Program-made: the position numbers and the translations under genes | The notes under the pieces: generated by a model | The model's database searches: none | What the model saw: only the letters and a program-made list of their open reading frames with translations | What the model was told of the DNA's origin: nothing | Shown: positions 51,631 through 64,000 of the stretch, piece after piece | Layout: each line of letters begins with the position of its first letter | Position numbering within the stretch: the stretch's first letter is position 1 | NCBI RefSeq assembly: GCF_036321535.1 | Contig: NC_087447.1 | Span: 46,874,001-46,938,000, forward strand | Length of the DNA: 64,000 bases | Direction: 5' to 3' | DNA from: Camelus dromedarius | Taxonomy: Eukaryota

Positions 51631-54600
51631 ATTTGTGGGGAGGGGCTGAGGGGCCAGGGCACAGGACTTGGTGCGGCAGGCACAGGCTGAAGTCCCTGAA
51701 CAGACACAGGCACTGGGACCCATCAGCAGAGCCTACAGGCTCGGCAGAGCCTCCATGTCCGAAAAGAAAAGATGTCTGCCTCTCAGAAAACCAAACCACA
51801 GGGTTTCCACCTGCTAAGTAGTGACCCTCACCAATACCACAACAGAAACCCATCAGTAATCAGGAAGCCCCTCACCGACTTTCACTTACACCACAAACAT
51901 TTATTAAGCACTTAGTACATGCAAGGTACTGCTGTAGGACATTAGAGAGAGTATACAGAGATGAATTAAACCCAGCATCTACACTGAAGTAGGTTATAAT
52001 CCCACAGGAGACAAGAAATGACTCCAAATTATATCTCAAGACAGTATGTGCTCTCACAAAAAGATATAACATTTTTAACTAGTTGAGAATAGGGAAGGAT
52101 TAAGAAAACAAAGTGATATTTTAATTTAATCTTAAAACACATAGGTAGAACTTGTCCACATGGAAAAGGAGAGAAGAGTAACGAAGAAGGGAAAGTAGAG
52201 GGAAGGTGTGAAAGTAGAGGAGGAACAGACTTGAAGGGGACGTTGGGGTAAACGTTAGAGAATCTTGAACTTCAAGAAATCAAATAAAAATTTGAACGTT
52301 TCTTTTGTTGCTTGTTTTTAGCAGAGATATGCTATTGTTTTTAGCAGAAAGATACGATGAGAAGTGTACCTTATGAAATTATTTTGGTATATAAATGAAT
52401 GAGACTAGCAGCAGGAAGGCAGGTCAGAAGGCTGTCACAACAGACAGGAGACAGGTGATGAGGACACATGAAGGGTAAGGTTAGAGAGAAAGGAAAGAAG
52501 AGGAATGAGGACATTGTGGAGACAGGATGAAGACAAGGGAATGACTGGAAGCAGAGAGAAGAATGAAGAAGAAAGTGTGAGGTATAGCTGGGAAGACAGA
52601 GAGGCCATATATAGAATTAAAATAAGTGCAGAGATGATATGGATCATGTTAGAATAAGAGGGAAAACAAGGTGTGATAAATAGCAGCTAATGCTTACTGA
52701 GTGCATACTATGTGCCAGGCACTGCTCTGCTGGCCTACCGTTTATTAACTCATTAATCTGAAAAACTCCCTTAGTAAAGTAGGTACTGTTATCACTCATC
52801 TTTACAGATGAGGAAACTGAGCCACAGAGATAAAATAATTTGCCCAAAATCATTGGACCTTTACATCACTTGCTGCTCTGCGTAACCACTGAATCTCAGT
52901 ATTCCTGTCTGTAAAACAAGGATACAGGTACCTATCTTATAAGATTGTGATGAGGATTCAATAACATCTATAAGGTGCTCAACACACTGACTAGCACATA
53001 AGGCACAAAGTGGTGCTTAACAAAGGTTAATTCCTACTTAGGCATTTTGGCCCCTTGTCACCAAGGTGTCCAAGCAGAAGTTGGCTCACCATTTCTCAGG
53101 GGAGTTAGTGGCGTGCTCTTCCTTGGAGGATATTAGATCCTCAGGATATTTGCTTTCCTTCCATCAGTCTGCCTCTACAGCTTTTACCTTAAGGTCAGCT
53201 CAAATTTTAACTCCTCAAGTATTAACAGTGGTTATCTTGGGGAGGAGTTAGATTATAGAGGGGAGTGGTCTTTCTACACTATATGTTTCTTTTAATGTTT
53301 GAGTTTATTTTTAATAACCATGTATTACATTGGTGAATAGAAAAATGTGTCTACATTTGGCACTGGTACTGCCTTAACTGTATATGCACAGAAGTCTTGT
53401 TTTCACATCTAAAATGTAAATTCTTCAAGGGCATAACCAATTCTATTTCTCTATGATCCCGCATAGTACCTAGCACACTAGGATTCCTTCAATCTGTTCC
53501 ACTGAACTACATCTGGTTGGAAGGCTTCCACATTCAACCTTCTGGCCACCAGAGAATGACTGTGGTGAGTGGCAGGGGTGCTGTAGAAGGGGCCAGACCA
53601 AGGTCCATTGCTGCAGAGACCTCCCATGGCCCGGCTTCTTCTCCTAGGCAGGCCCTGTATCCTAATCCCACCGTATATTGCAGTCCGTGGTGAGCAATCT
53701 CTACTGGTATTCAAAGATTCACCAGGAAAGTAAAGGAAAGCAAAAAGAAAAGCTCTTACAGAAAAACAAAGTGGCAAACATACTTTAATGATTGGCACAA
53801 TCAACACTCCAGAAAATGTATGAGGTGAAAATAGGAGGCAGACCAGCTAAAATCACCCTGGCCACAACTTGACACTGTGTCAGCCCTGAAGCTCTCTAGT
53901 ACATTAAAGAATTGATACTGTGTCTCAAAAGAATACAAGAGGTGCTCCCCCCACCATCCCTTGGCTCTAAACTCAAGATAACAGCTTCCAGCTGTGAGCC
54001 TCAGAGGTGCTGAACTCTCCTCTGGAACCTCTGCCAAAGTTGCCAAGCTTCTGGGCCTGCTCTTCAAGACAGTCAGAGGAGCCCAGCCAGTTTCCCCAGC
54101 TTCTCCCTCCCCAACCACAGTGCCACCACTCCCCTCCCTCCCGTGGCAGCCAACCGGCAGAACTTCCCCACCCCTCCTCCCAGCCTAGTCAGGCGGTAGG
54201 CAGGCCACATGGCTCCTGCTAGATTCCACGGCCCCTGCTCATTGTCCCCAAAAGAGTGGGTAAGAGTAAACCATTTTAAAAAGAGACAGAGAAAGAGAAA
54301 TGAAGGAGGGTAAGAAAACAACACATGACTAACACAAAATTCAGAACAGCCTTCAGATAGAGGTTGGAGGGGGTTGGTGATGGGTGCAGAGTGCACCGGG
54401 TGTTTCAAAGGGTCTGGTAATATTACATCTAGAGCTGGGCGGTAGATGTGTAGGTGTTTATTATTTAAAATGTAAATGCTATAATTTTTAAAGTGTATTA
54501 CCATTTTTACAAGTTTAAACAGAAGACAGGAGGGAAAAGATTCCTAGAAATGGCTCAGGAATGAGTAGCTCTTAATACAAATAATTTGCCTAGCATTCAA

Positions 54601-57600
54601 GGCCCTCTATGACCTGGCCCCAGTTTTACCTTTCAGAATCATTTATGCCCTTACCCAAATCCTCCACCCTGCTGGACTGGTCTCACTATCTTCTAAAGTC
54701 CCTCTGGGCCTCTACCTCAGCCTTCCAGCCTGGAAGGGAAGTTTTTACTGTAGGAAGCTGTAGGCTAGGGCCCAATGAGAGCCTCTCTCAGTTCCTACAG
54801 GCCCTCCCACCAGGAAAGTTGGCAGAAAAAATGTTTATAGATCCACTACCCTATATGCAATGCTTTCTAGTCTTTCCTCTGCCACTTGCTATCCTAGCAC
54901 AATAAATACCTAAAGACTATCATTATTGTTGCTGCTGTTACTGTTGTAATTAATAGCTAACATTTTACTGAGCACTTCGTATATGCCAGGCAGTATGCTA
55001 AATATTTTTTGAGCTTTATTTTTGCTTAATCCTTACAATAACCCAGTGACACAATAACCCAAAATACTGTGATTATCCCTATTTCACAGAAAAGGAAACT
55101 GAGAATTAGAAAGATTACATAACTTGCCTAAGGTCACACAGAGTAAGTGTTGGAGGCAGAATCTGAGCTCAGTTTGAGCCCAGAGACCATTCTCTTAATG
55201 GTCATTTTACCTAATCCTTAGAACAATCTATAGAGTAGGTTTTATTTCCACTTTAAAGATGAGAAAATGTGAGGCTTAGGCATTAAGTGACTTAGTCACA
55301 TAAGTAGTCAGTTGTCTATCTGGTCTCTGCACTATTCTCTACTGCTCCTGAATAAACACTGAATGAATGAATAAATGGTAGTACATTCTCGGTGGCTCAA
55401 AGAAGCCTTTATACCTTTACCTCCTCAAAAAAATCAACTTTTTAATCAAAACAAACAGTTCTAATTTCAAAAGTAACCACAAAAGATTTTTTTTTTCTGA
55501 AGAGGCAAGAGCTTTACAAACACTAAGGGACCAAAACTCCCCCGAAGCAGCAAGCATAGAAGAATCTTCTACTAGAAGGGATGTTGGACATATCCCAAAG
55601 GTAAGAAGCCATGGAGAAAGAAGGGTGGAGGAAACATTATTGGTTGGTGTGAAGGACTAATGTTTCAGAACCCTGACCTGGAGCTTATTTACCAAGCCTT
55701 ATTCTCCCTCTCTAGAGGAGAGTGGCTGAGTAATGAGGCAGTGTTTGTAAGCCTGAGCTTTCTGGGGAGAAATGTAGAGGGCATATCAAAACCCTGAGAG
55801 GATTCATTATGACATCCAAGAGGCCCTATTCAGTTCTCCCTCAAGAAGGTCTTTCTACAAAATACCTAAGAACCTGTTCACCCTGTTTCACTGTCACAGA
55901 GGAGCAAATGGTTCTGTCCCTACAGGCAATATCTCTAGCACAGTGTTTGCTCACAAATACAGAACTGATGATGAAAAAGGTAAAAAGAACAGTTTTAATG
56001 TAAAGATGTGCAACTCCTGGAAACGGCCTTGTCAATGATAGAAAACACACTAGATTTGGTGTTGGAGGCCCCTGTAGGTAAATTCTGCATTGGCCACCTA
56101 CTATATTTGTGGCTTTAAGCAAGTCACTTGCCCTAGCTTGGGTCTCAGGTGAGGGTTAGATCATATCTAAATTATCTCTAAAAATTCCCATGATTCTTTC
56201 TCCAGGACACCATTCCCAACAACAAAAATCTTGAAATGAAACTAATTTCCTCAGAACAAGGTCAAAACTTCACCGGTTAGGGCCTCCTTCCCCCCAGAAT
56301 AGCAAATTCTCTAGGAACAGGAACTTTGTCACCCTACTGGGACCCACACCCAAAGAGAGGTACACGTGGGTGTGTCATTAATCCTGATGAAAGAAAGAGG
56401 TCCTTGGAAACTGGTAGTACTGACTTTGCATGGGGTACAATGAAAGGTGATTGGCATTTACAAGGTTTCATAAATAAAAGCCACAGAGACAGTGCAATTT
56501 ATTACTACACTGATTTAAACATCCTAAAGAAAAGCAGCTTTCTGTACCTGCTCAACAAATCAAAGAATCTCAAGGTTGAAAGAGGCCTTAATGGTCATCT
56601 AGTCCCATCTTAGATCCATGCTGGAATATATGTGACAAGTTTGCTGAAGATTTGCTATCTTCTGTCTGAAAGAAATTCTACCACTTATTTGTATGCCTGA
56701 GCAAGGTCTGCAGATTTGAGACAACTTGTGATTTCACAACATAAGCTTGGAGAACAGTGACCCTACCCAGGATCTGGTTTGTTTCAAATAGGCTTTAAGT
56801 AGCCACAAAACTCAGAGGACACCTCTCTCTTCTCCCTTCTATCCCTCCCGCCAACCCTGTTGTCTCTCCCCGCCCCCCTCTTCCTATCCCTCTGTCTTCT
56901 ATATCTCCACTTCATGCAAACACTGAGACTGCTGTCTTTCTGGTTCCAAATCTACTTCTCTTTTTACTACCCCAGGATGCTTTTAACCACTGACAGAAGT
57001 GAACAAACACAGATATTAGTAGGAGTTGGATTTCTGAATGGGATGCTAGCTTGACTCAAAAACCAAACTTGTCAACATGTTACTAATAAGTTAAAAAAAA
57101 TGGGAATGGTATTTAACATGGCCATGATAAAAAATTATAAATAAAAAAATTTTAAAACTCTAACATTTGAACCAACTTCAAGGATTTAAAAGCTATATCT
57201 CACATCTCAATTAATTCCCACTAAAGAACCCTAAAAGGTAAATAAGCATGTTTATTCCAATTTTATAGACTAGGAACCTAAGCCTCAGAAAGAAGACAAC
57301 ACCTGCCTCAAAGTCAACCACTAAGGTTGCAGTACCAGAACTCAAGTCTTCCAAATCCATGGCTCTCTCTAGACCACCTCAGCTACATCCTATACCTTTC
57401 CCATTAGTATAGCCTTTTATTCATACAAAACACTTAAAAATTTATTGTTCAAACTGCTTCTGCTACAGCTTGTGAAATGGCAGGGCAGGAGTCATCTTCT
57501 CCATTTTTAAAGATGCTGAGTAACTTGAACAGCAGTAGATAAAATAACAACCCATGTATCTGAAATCACTGAGAAGTACAAAAATCCTCAGAAGCAATTT

Positions 57601-59826
57601 TCCCCAAAACTGAAATTCCTTCCCTTTAGGACCAAATCCTTCATATATTTAAAAAAACAAACCAACCAACCTATTTTATCGCCAAAATGCATAAGATGTG
57701 TTACTCTTTACTTGGTATTAATGAAATTTGACCAAGGACATTCAACTATAAACATGAAACAAACACCTATAAATACTGTCCTGGGGACTCGAAACTGAAT
57801 TTAGACAGGCTTATAATCCTGTGGAGAAAGAAACATACCTATAACTTACCTTAATATGAGCCCAAAGAACATGGACTTGGGAAAGGAAAGTGAGAGAACA
57901 TTGGAAAGTCTAGTGGAGACCAGTAATGATTTACTAAAGAGCAGTGCAGGAGTGGGGAGGGGTGTGGAAGAACAGTGCGAAGCGCTGAAAGGTTCTGAGC
58001 AGGAGAATGGTGTACTGTGTGTGCTTTGAGAAAAGGTAAGTCTGACACAACACTGAGTCCAGAGACAGACAGAGTTAGGCAATTGTGGCAGAGATAAAAT
58101 TGCTGCTGTCAGGCAAGGGCAGTAGGAACTAAAAAGAAAGTTATATTTAAGAGGCATTACAGAGGTAGACTCAAAGCTCTTAGGATGTAGGAGTATGGGA
58201 ATGGTGGAGGGGAAGAAAAGACCTGTAGGATTCTTGCTTTGGTAAAAAGACTTCAGAACAGGAACATAGAAGTTACTGTTTTAGAGAAGCTGTGCGGCAC
58301 TGATTAACTCAGGAAGGTATGATGAAAAAAGTTTTACCAAGGAACTAACATTTAAACTGAGTACTTAAACTCTGAGTAGGATGAGTAGGGTTTCACCAAA
58401 AGAGAAGTAAAAAAGAGCATTCTAGGCAGGGAGAATAGCATGTGCAAAGACAGAGCTTATTACATTTGAGCAATGGCATGCAGTTGTAGAAAGGTGCAGC
58501 AAATGATGAGACTAGTATTAAACTGTGAGGTACTTATATCACGCTAAGGAATTCAGATTATATCCTGTAGGCAACGGAGTAAAGGGGAGTAACATAGAGC
58601 AGATCTATATTTCCGTCTGCATGAAGTACAGGCTACAATGATGAGAACTAGGAGGAAGGCAATATAGCATAATGGTTGAGAGTATGGCATCTAGAGTTAG
58701 ACAGCGTAATCAAAATCCTGGCTCTATAGCTTACTAGCTCTGCAAACTTGAACTTGTTATTTAATCTCTCTGTGCTCCCAGTTTCCCCATCTGTAAAAAG
58801 AATAGTACTTTCTTACAGGGTCAATAGAAGGAATTAGCAAGATATATGTGTTAAGTGCTTAGAACAATACCTGGTACAGAGATAAATGCAGCTACTATTA
58901 GAGGCTGAAAGTTCATTAGTAAAAAGCTACTTCCGCATGTGGTCTAGTGTTGTCCATGCTCTTCCTTCTACCTAAAGCTTTCTCTTCCTACGTATTCACC
59001 TAATTAATTCTAACTTATCCTTCATACCTTAGCTCAAATGCTATTTCCTCATATAAAATCTCTCCTCAGCCACCTAGACTAGCTCAAGTTCCTACTATGC
59101 AGAGCACCATATTCCTTTCCTTCACAGCACTCACAGTCTCTAATTACACCTTTTTATGTTTCATTAATTTCTTCTTCCTATTACCAAAAGATCCATGAAA
59201 TTACATATTGTGTGCTCACCACCAGTTCTTAGAACTGAGCACAGCATCTGGCACATAGAAGGAATGTGGTAAGTATTTATTGAATGCATGAAAGGTTTCA
59301 AATCACATTTTTAAAGTGAACCCTCTTCAGATATAATCTTTACATAGAACCAAGGATACAGATAAAAGTAGGCTGTTTGAAGTAAAGGATGTTTGGAACC
59401 CCCTTCTGCTTCCACCTAGTTCCTGAGTCAATTCTGCAGTTCTAGTAAGCTTTGCAGAATCCAATGCAAAACCACTGTTTGTTCCAAGCAAGTAGTAATA
59501 TATGCCTGAAGTAAGTCAGTAATGATAAAGAGGAAGCAATAGCTTTGAGAATTACTTACGACAGACCCTGAAAATCAATTATAAGAATGAAAAAAGGAAA
59601 ATTCTAGAAGCACCTCTAAACTTCCTAGCTTGAGTGAATGAGTAGATGAACACGTGTGCGAAAAACCAAGAAAAGAACTTCAAAAGTAATATATTAAGAT
59701 CATTCATTAAGCACTAATCCATCAACCCTGTCAAGCAAGTACCATTAATACCCTCACTCATAGATGAAGTTTCAAGATGCTGAACAACCTATCCAACATC
59801 ATTAGGCTAACAAGTAGCAGAACAAA

Positions 59827-59978
59827 GGAGAAGAGTATAGCTCAAGTTGTAGAGCACATGCTTAGCATGCATGAGGTCCTGGGTTCAATCCCCAGTACCT
59901 CCCTCTAAAAAAATTACCTCCCCCTCCAAAAATAAAATAAAACTAAGTTATTAAAAAACAACAACCACCAAAAAAACA
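59827..59978 (+). mobile_element. tRNA-Ala-derived SINE (Vic-1 type)
   Basis: TATAGCTCAAGTTGTAGAGCACATGCTTAGCATGCATGAGGTCCTGGGTTCAATCCCCAGTACCTCC plus A-rich tail; sits within MIR-like sequence. Confidence 0.88.
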
Positions 59979-61633
59979 GGCTGAGGACCACACACACACA
60001 CACAAAATCAAAGCCAAGTCTGTTTCACTCCAAAGTCCATAATCTAAACCATCGTGCTACAATGGCAGGCAGGTTGAGAGTTTGGTTTTAGACATGAGGT
60101 ACTAGATATATAATTAGGAAAATCTAGTAACTAGTGAAAAATATGATTCAAGGCTAGAAATACAGATTTGAGTCACATTTTTAATGGTGTGACTATACTC
60201 AGAACGGGTCTGTGGTAGGATCATGCTTGCCTATTAGGCCTGTAAAGGGTGGTGTACTCATTTGCTATTGTAATTGGTTAATCTTCGGCCAAAGCTTCTG
60301 CCGTACACAGCACCAGCATTAAAAGAAGTGAGAGACTTCGAGAGAAATTCCAAATATTTGGGGATTCTTTCTAGGTCCTCTATGTTATTTCCATTTCAGG
60401 AGAACTTAACAGAAACCAGTGACTACACCAATGTCAACAACAACAAAAAGGAGATAATACAGGTGGTTAAGAAAATGAATTTTGGGACCAGGCAAACTTC
60501 ATTTTCTCTCCTTACTTAAGGTTCGCATCATCTTCCTGCTCGGGATTCTACCTTCCTCACCAAAAACAACTAGCATTTATGTACAGTTTTTCATCATTGA
60601 CAGTGTTTCCCATCTGCAAAGTATTTCACGTGATCTCACAACAGCTCAACAAGGTAGACATTATTGTTTTCATTTTATCAGAGGAATGAAGTTCAGAAAA
60701 GCACCTCACCAAGGGTCACACAATTTTTTTAAAAAGCAACAGGACCACAATGCAACTCTGATAATCTGGCTCCAAACCTTGAGCTCTTTCCAGCAGACTC
60801 ACCCAAGCTAACCATGAGTCACTGTGTTTAAAAAGAAAACAGCAGGGTGATAATGCCTGGAAAGAGCCTGATGAGATGCTGCTAATGCTCTATTTCTTAT
60901 ATAGCAATAGTAATGAGGTGTGTTCACTCTGGAAAGTCAGGAGTTATATACTTGATGAACTTTTCTGTGTGTACGTTATACTTTAAAAGGCAAACACCAA
61001 GCAAAATTAAGATAGAAACTAATCAAAATTCAAGAGCATTAAGTTGGATGTCTCAGGGCTACAAATATATTTACCTGACTTTTCAAATAGTAGCTACATA
61101 TAGGACACCTACTAGTTAAGTAAGCACAAAATCCTTGCACACTCAAATAACATATCTAACCACTTCTCCCCACCCAGAACGTCCAGGTGATATCAGTGAA
61201 TCTGATGGGATTAGAAGCAAGGGAAGCCCAGGAAGGCGCCAAATCACAGTTAATGAAAAAAATAACTGGCATTGAAAAGTAGACCTATCCTATATCATCA
61301 ATGATAAAGATACTACAATTCCAGAGATAATAAAAATGTGGAAAAAACGAAGAATGACAATATGCATTCTAATTTCAGACTGTTAAAATGTTTTTTAAAA
61401 GGCATTTAAAATTAAATGAAATACAACAGAGAAGAAGGGAAAAATAAAAAATAAATGAGATACAATGTTCTAAAATCTCAAGAGGTAGGTCAACTTTAGA
61501 ACGTAGACCCACTCACTTGTGGAACGTTAGGGATAGAAAAGACCTTAGAAATCAGTGTCTCCTGGTACAAGCTCTTCATTTTAGAGATGAGGAGACTGGG
61601 GCCCTTGTTTAACAGTTGTTAAATGATCATATT

Positions 61634-61793
61634 TTTTTTCTTTTTTTAAAAGCCCAGCCCTTTTTTTTGGGAGGGTGGGGTAATTAGGCTTATTTACTTA
61701 GTATTATTATTTTTTTGGTGCAGGTACTGGGGACTGAACCCAGGACCTCATGCATGCTAAGCACGCACTCTACCACTGAGCTATACCCTCTCC
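61634..61793 (-). mobile_element. tRNA-Ala-derived SINE (Vic-1 type)
   Basis: Reverse complement of the same head and body; degenerate TSD TAAATGA[T/C]C[A/T]TATT. Confidence 0.88.
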
Positions 61794-62899
61794 ACTAAAT
61801 GACCTTATTAAATTAAAGCTCACACATCAGAAAGTTGAGAACTACAACTACAAAGTTAATTCCCTTACTCCTGGGTTTTCTTTCCACTACCCGGATACCT
61901 CCCCTGAACCCAAGAGAAGATCTGCATGTTAACTCTATTTTTCCTTTCATAATTCATTAACTCACTACAAAACTTTAAAGCATATCTTAAAAATCAATTA
62001 AGATGAAAAACTGTTTAGGAAACTTCATTTCTTACTTATACAAGTTTATTTTCCTTGTTCTCTAAACCAATGAAGCAATACAAAGTTAGATAAAAAACAA
62101 AATTAGTAATCTCTGAGCCCTTCCATCCCCCTCCAAGCCCTCCCAAAAAGAAATGTTAGCAGATTTTTCTATGCTCCAAAAAACATAAGCACAAATATAT
62201 TTTTAATTTAGGAGAACTTTTTGTTTCCTATTTTTAAATAACTAGGTTTACACATTAACATTACTCTGCAACCTGTTTTTCTCAGTAATTTACCATGAAC
62301 ATCCCCCCAAAGGTCAGTAAATAAAATTCTAACTCATACTTTTAAAAATTGTATAAATAACAGTTCATATAAAGGATATATCATAATGTGTTCACATGTT
62401 TTCCTATTGATGGACATGGCTACTTCCAATCTGTTACCACTTCAAACAATGCTGTAATGAATATCCTTATACATCATTTCTTTTTAAACAAAAGAAAAAA
62501 AAATCTCTACACACACACACACACACTTTCCTTGTTGTCCCATGTTTTGATTGCTTCCTTTCCTATCATCATCCCTGCCTTGCTTGCTCACAGAATTTTT
62601 CTCAGAGCCCGGTGTGATAATCGAGAACAAAGCAATCTGGAGAAGGTCAAGACAGGACATGTGATAGTTACTGTTGGTAAATTAGAATTGGCCTGTTTGG
62701 CTGCCTCTCCCAGCCACCTGCACATAGTGCCCACCCACCGCCTCATACATGTGCTCCTTGTTCTTGTCTCAGCAGCTGCTTCCAACTCAACTGATGTGGG
62801 CTGAGCTGGCTTGGGGAATTAATCCCACTTTGTCACACTCCTGACCCTGACAAGTGCAGACAGGCCAATCAGTTAGTCAAACAAATAGGAAGGAGAAAG

Positions 62900-63760
62900 G
62901 GTACATTATTATGAAATAATATAATAGAGAAGTACATAGAGTAAAAATGAAAACTCCCCGTTCACCAAACTTTAACCCACAGTTGCCAATGGCACTCCTC
63001 AGAGGTACCATTGTTATGTTTGTTGTATAGCCTTTCAGACTTCTCCTAAACATGCATACATACAAAAATGTATAGGTATATATACATGCATGTATAGAGA
63101 TACATGTGGATATGTGTATATACACATATATGCAGATACACGTGTGTGTCGATAAAGAGTGTGTATGTGTTTGGTCTACATACCGGTAGCCATACTGTAT
63201 AATTTGTTCTGCAACTTGACTTTTTCACTTAAAAATTTTACATGTTTCCATATTAGTATATAATAGATTCTAGTATGTAATAGATTCCTCATACTTTTAA
63301 GAGCTCAAGAAAAATGCCACAGTAAGATCATGCCACTACTTTATTTTCCCATTTTGCTATATTTGGATATTTAGGTTGCTCATAGTGTTTTGTCATGACA
63401 AAGAATGCTACATTGATAATACTGGTGAACCTCTTTTTACATACAAGCGAATATTTCTCTAGGATATACACCAATAATCGGAATTGATGAAGTTTGTGAA
63501 TGTTAAATGTTGACAGGTATTCCCAAATTGCCATTCAAAAAGGTGTACTAATTTATAGTCCCACCAACAGAGAATAAAAAATCCCTTTTTTACACCCTTC
63601 CAACAACAGGTGTTATTTTTTATTTTACCAATATGAAGGATAGAAAATAATATATTTTACTTTAATTTACATTTTCCTGATTTCCAGAAAAGTTAAATAT
63701 TCATATGTGTAATTGGTCATTCTTAATTTTAATGGAAAGTTTTACCATTTTGATTTTAAA
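62900..63760 (-). mobile_element. Old L1 (L1ME-like) fragments with a TA/CA-rich tract
   Basis: atttctctaggatatac...ggaattg...caaattgcc...tcccaccaacag motifs. Confidence 0.55.
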
Positions 63761-63879
63761 CATAAGAACTCAGAGAGGCTAAGGTAACCCAGCTAGTTAA
63801 GTAGTAGCCATCAAAGCTACATTTTTAAAAAACTTCCCAAAGCCAGGCCCTCTGACTATCTAATGTATTTTCCACAACC

Positions 63880-63990
63880 CAGGGGTCAAAAAACTATGGC
63901 CTGCGGACCAGCTGCCCATATTTTGTAAATCAAGTTTTACTAGAATACAGCCATGCGCATTCACTTATGTATTATCTATGACTACTCTAG
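63880..63990 (+). mobile_element. MER58-type hAT element fragment
   Basis: caggggtc..aaactatggcc...ttttgtaaat.aagttttact.gaa.acagccatgc. Confidence 0.7.
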
Positions 63991-64000
63991 ATCACCAATG

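Noticed and set aside
51056..51853. Overlapping 265, 192 and 150 aa ORFs
   Set aside because: Expected from stop-codon depletion in a GC-rich CpG island; no recognisable domain.

Overview
Mammalian genomic DNA, very probably a camelid (four tRNA-Ala(AGC)-headed SINEs of Vic-1 type). It covers the conserved RNF121 - IL18BP - NUMA1 cluster. On the + strand are the last three coding exons and 3'UTR of RNF121 (RING-H2 E3 ligase), whose two final introns are both U12-type, and the complete IL18BP gene with an IRF-E + GAS promoter. On the - strand is the complete NUMA1 CDS: 25 coding exons, 6378 nt, 2125 aa including the 42-nt cassette exon. NUMA1 converges tail-to-tail with IL18BP and has an intronic CpG island near 51.2-51.6 kb that looks like an alternative promoter. 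The rest is intron with L2, MIR, L1, Tigger1, MER3, MER58 and SINE relics. I found no convincing new gene system. The least explained signals are a 42/43-nt element (TACTAAC + octamer/inverted repeat) duplicated upstream of two NUMA1 acceptors, a +1 frameshift in the last IL18BP exon, an apparently shifted NUMA1 acceptor, and a possible decayed retroviral coding relic in the RNF121 intron. Exon boundaries were read by hand and checked for frame. All comparisons to human, mouse or repeat consensus sequences are from memory, not from a search.
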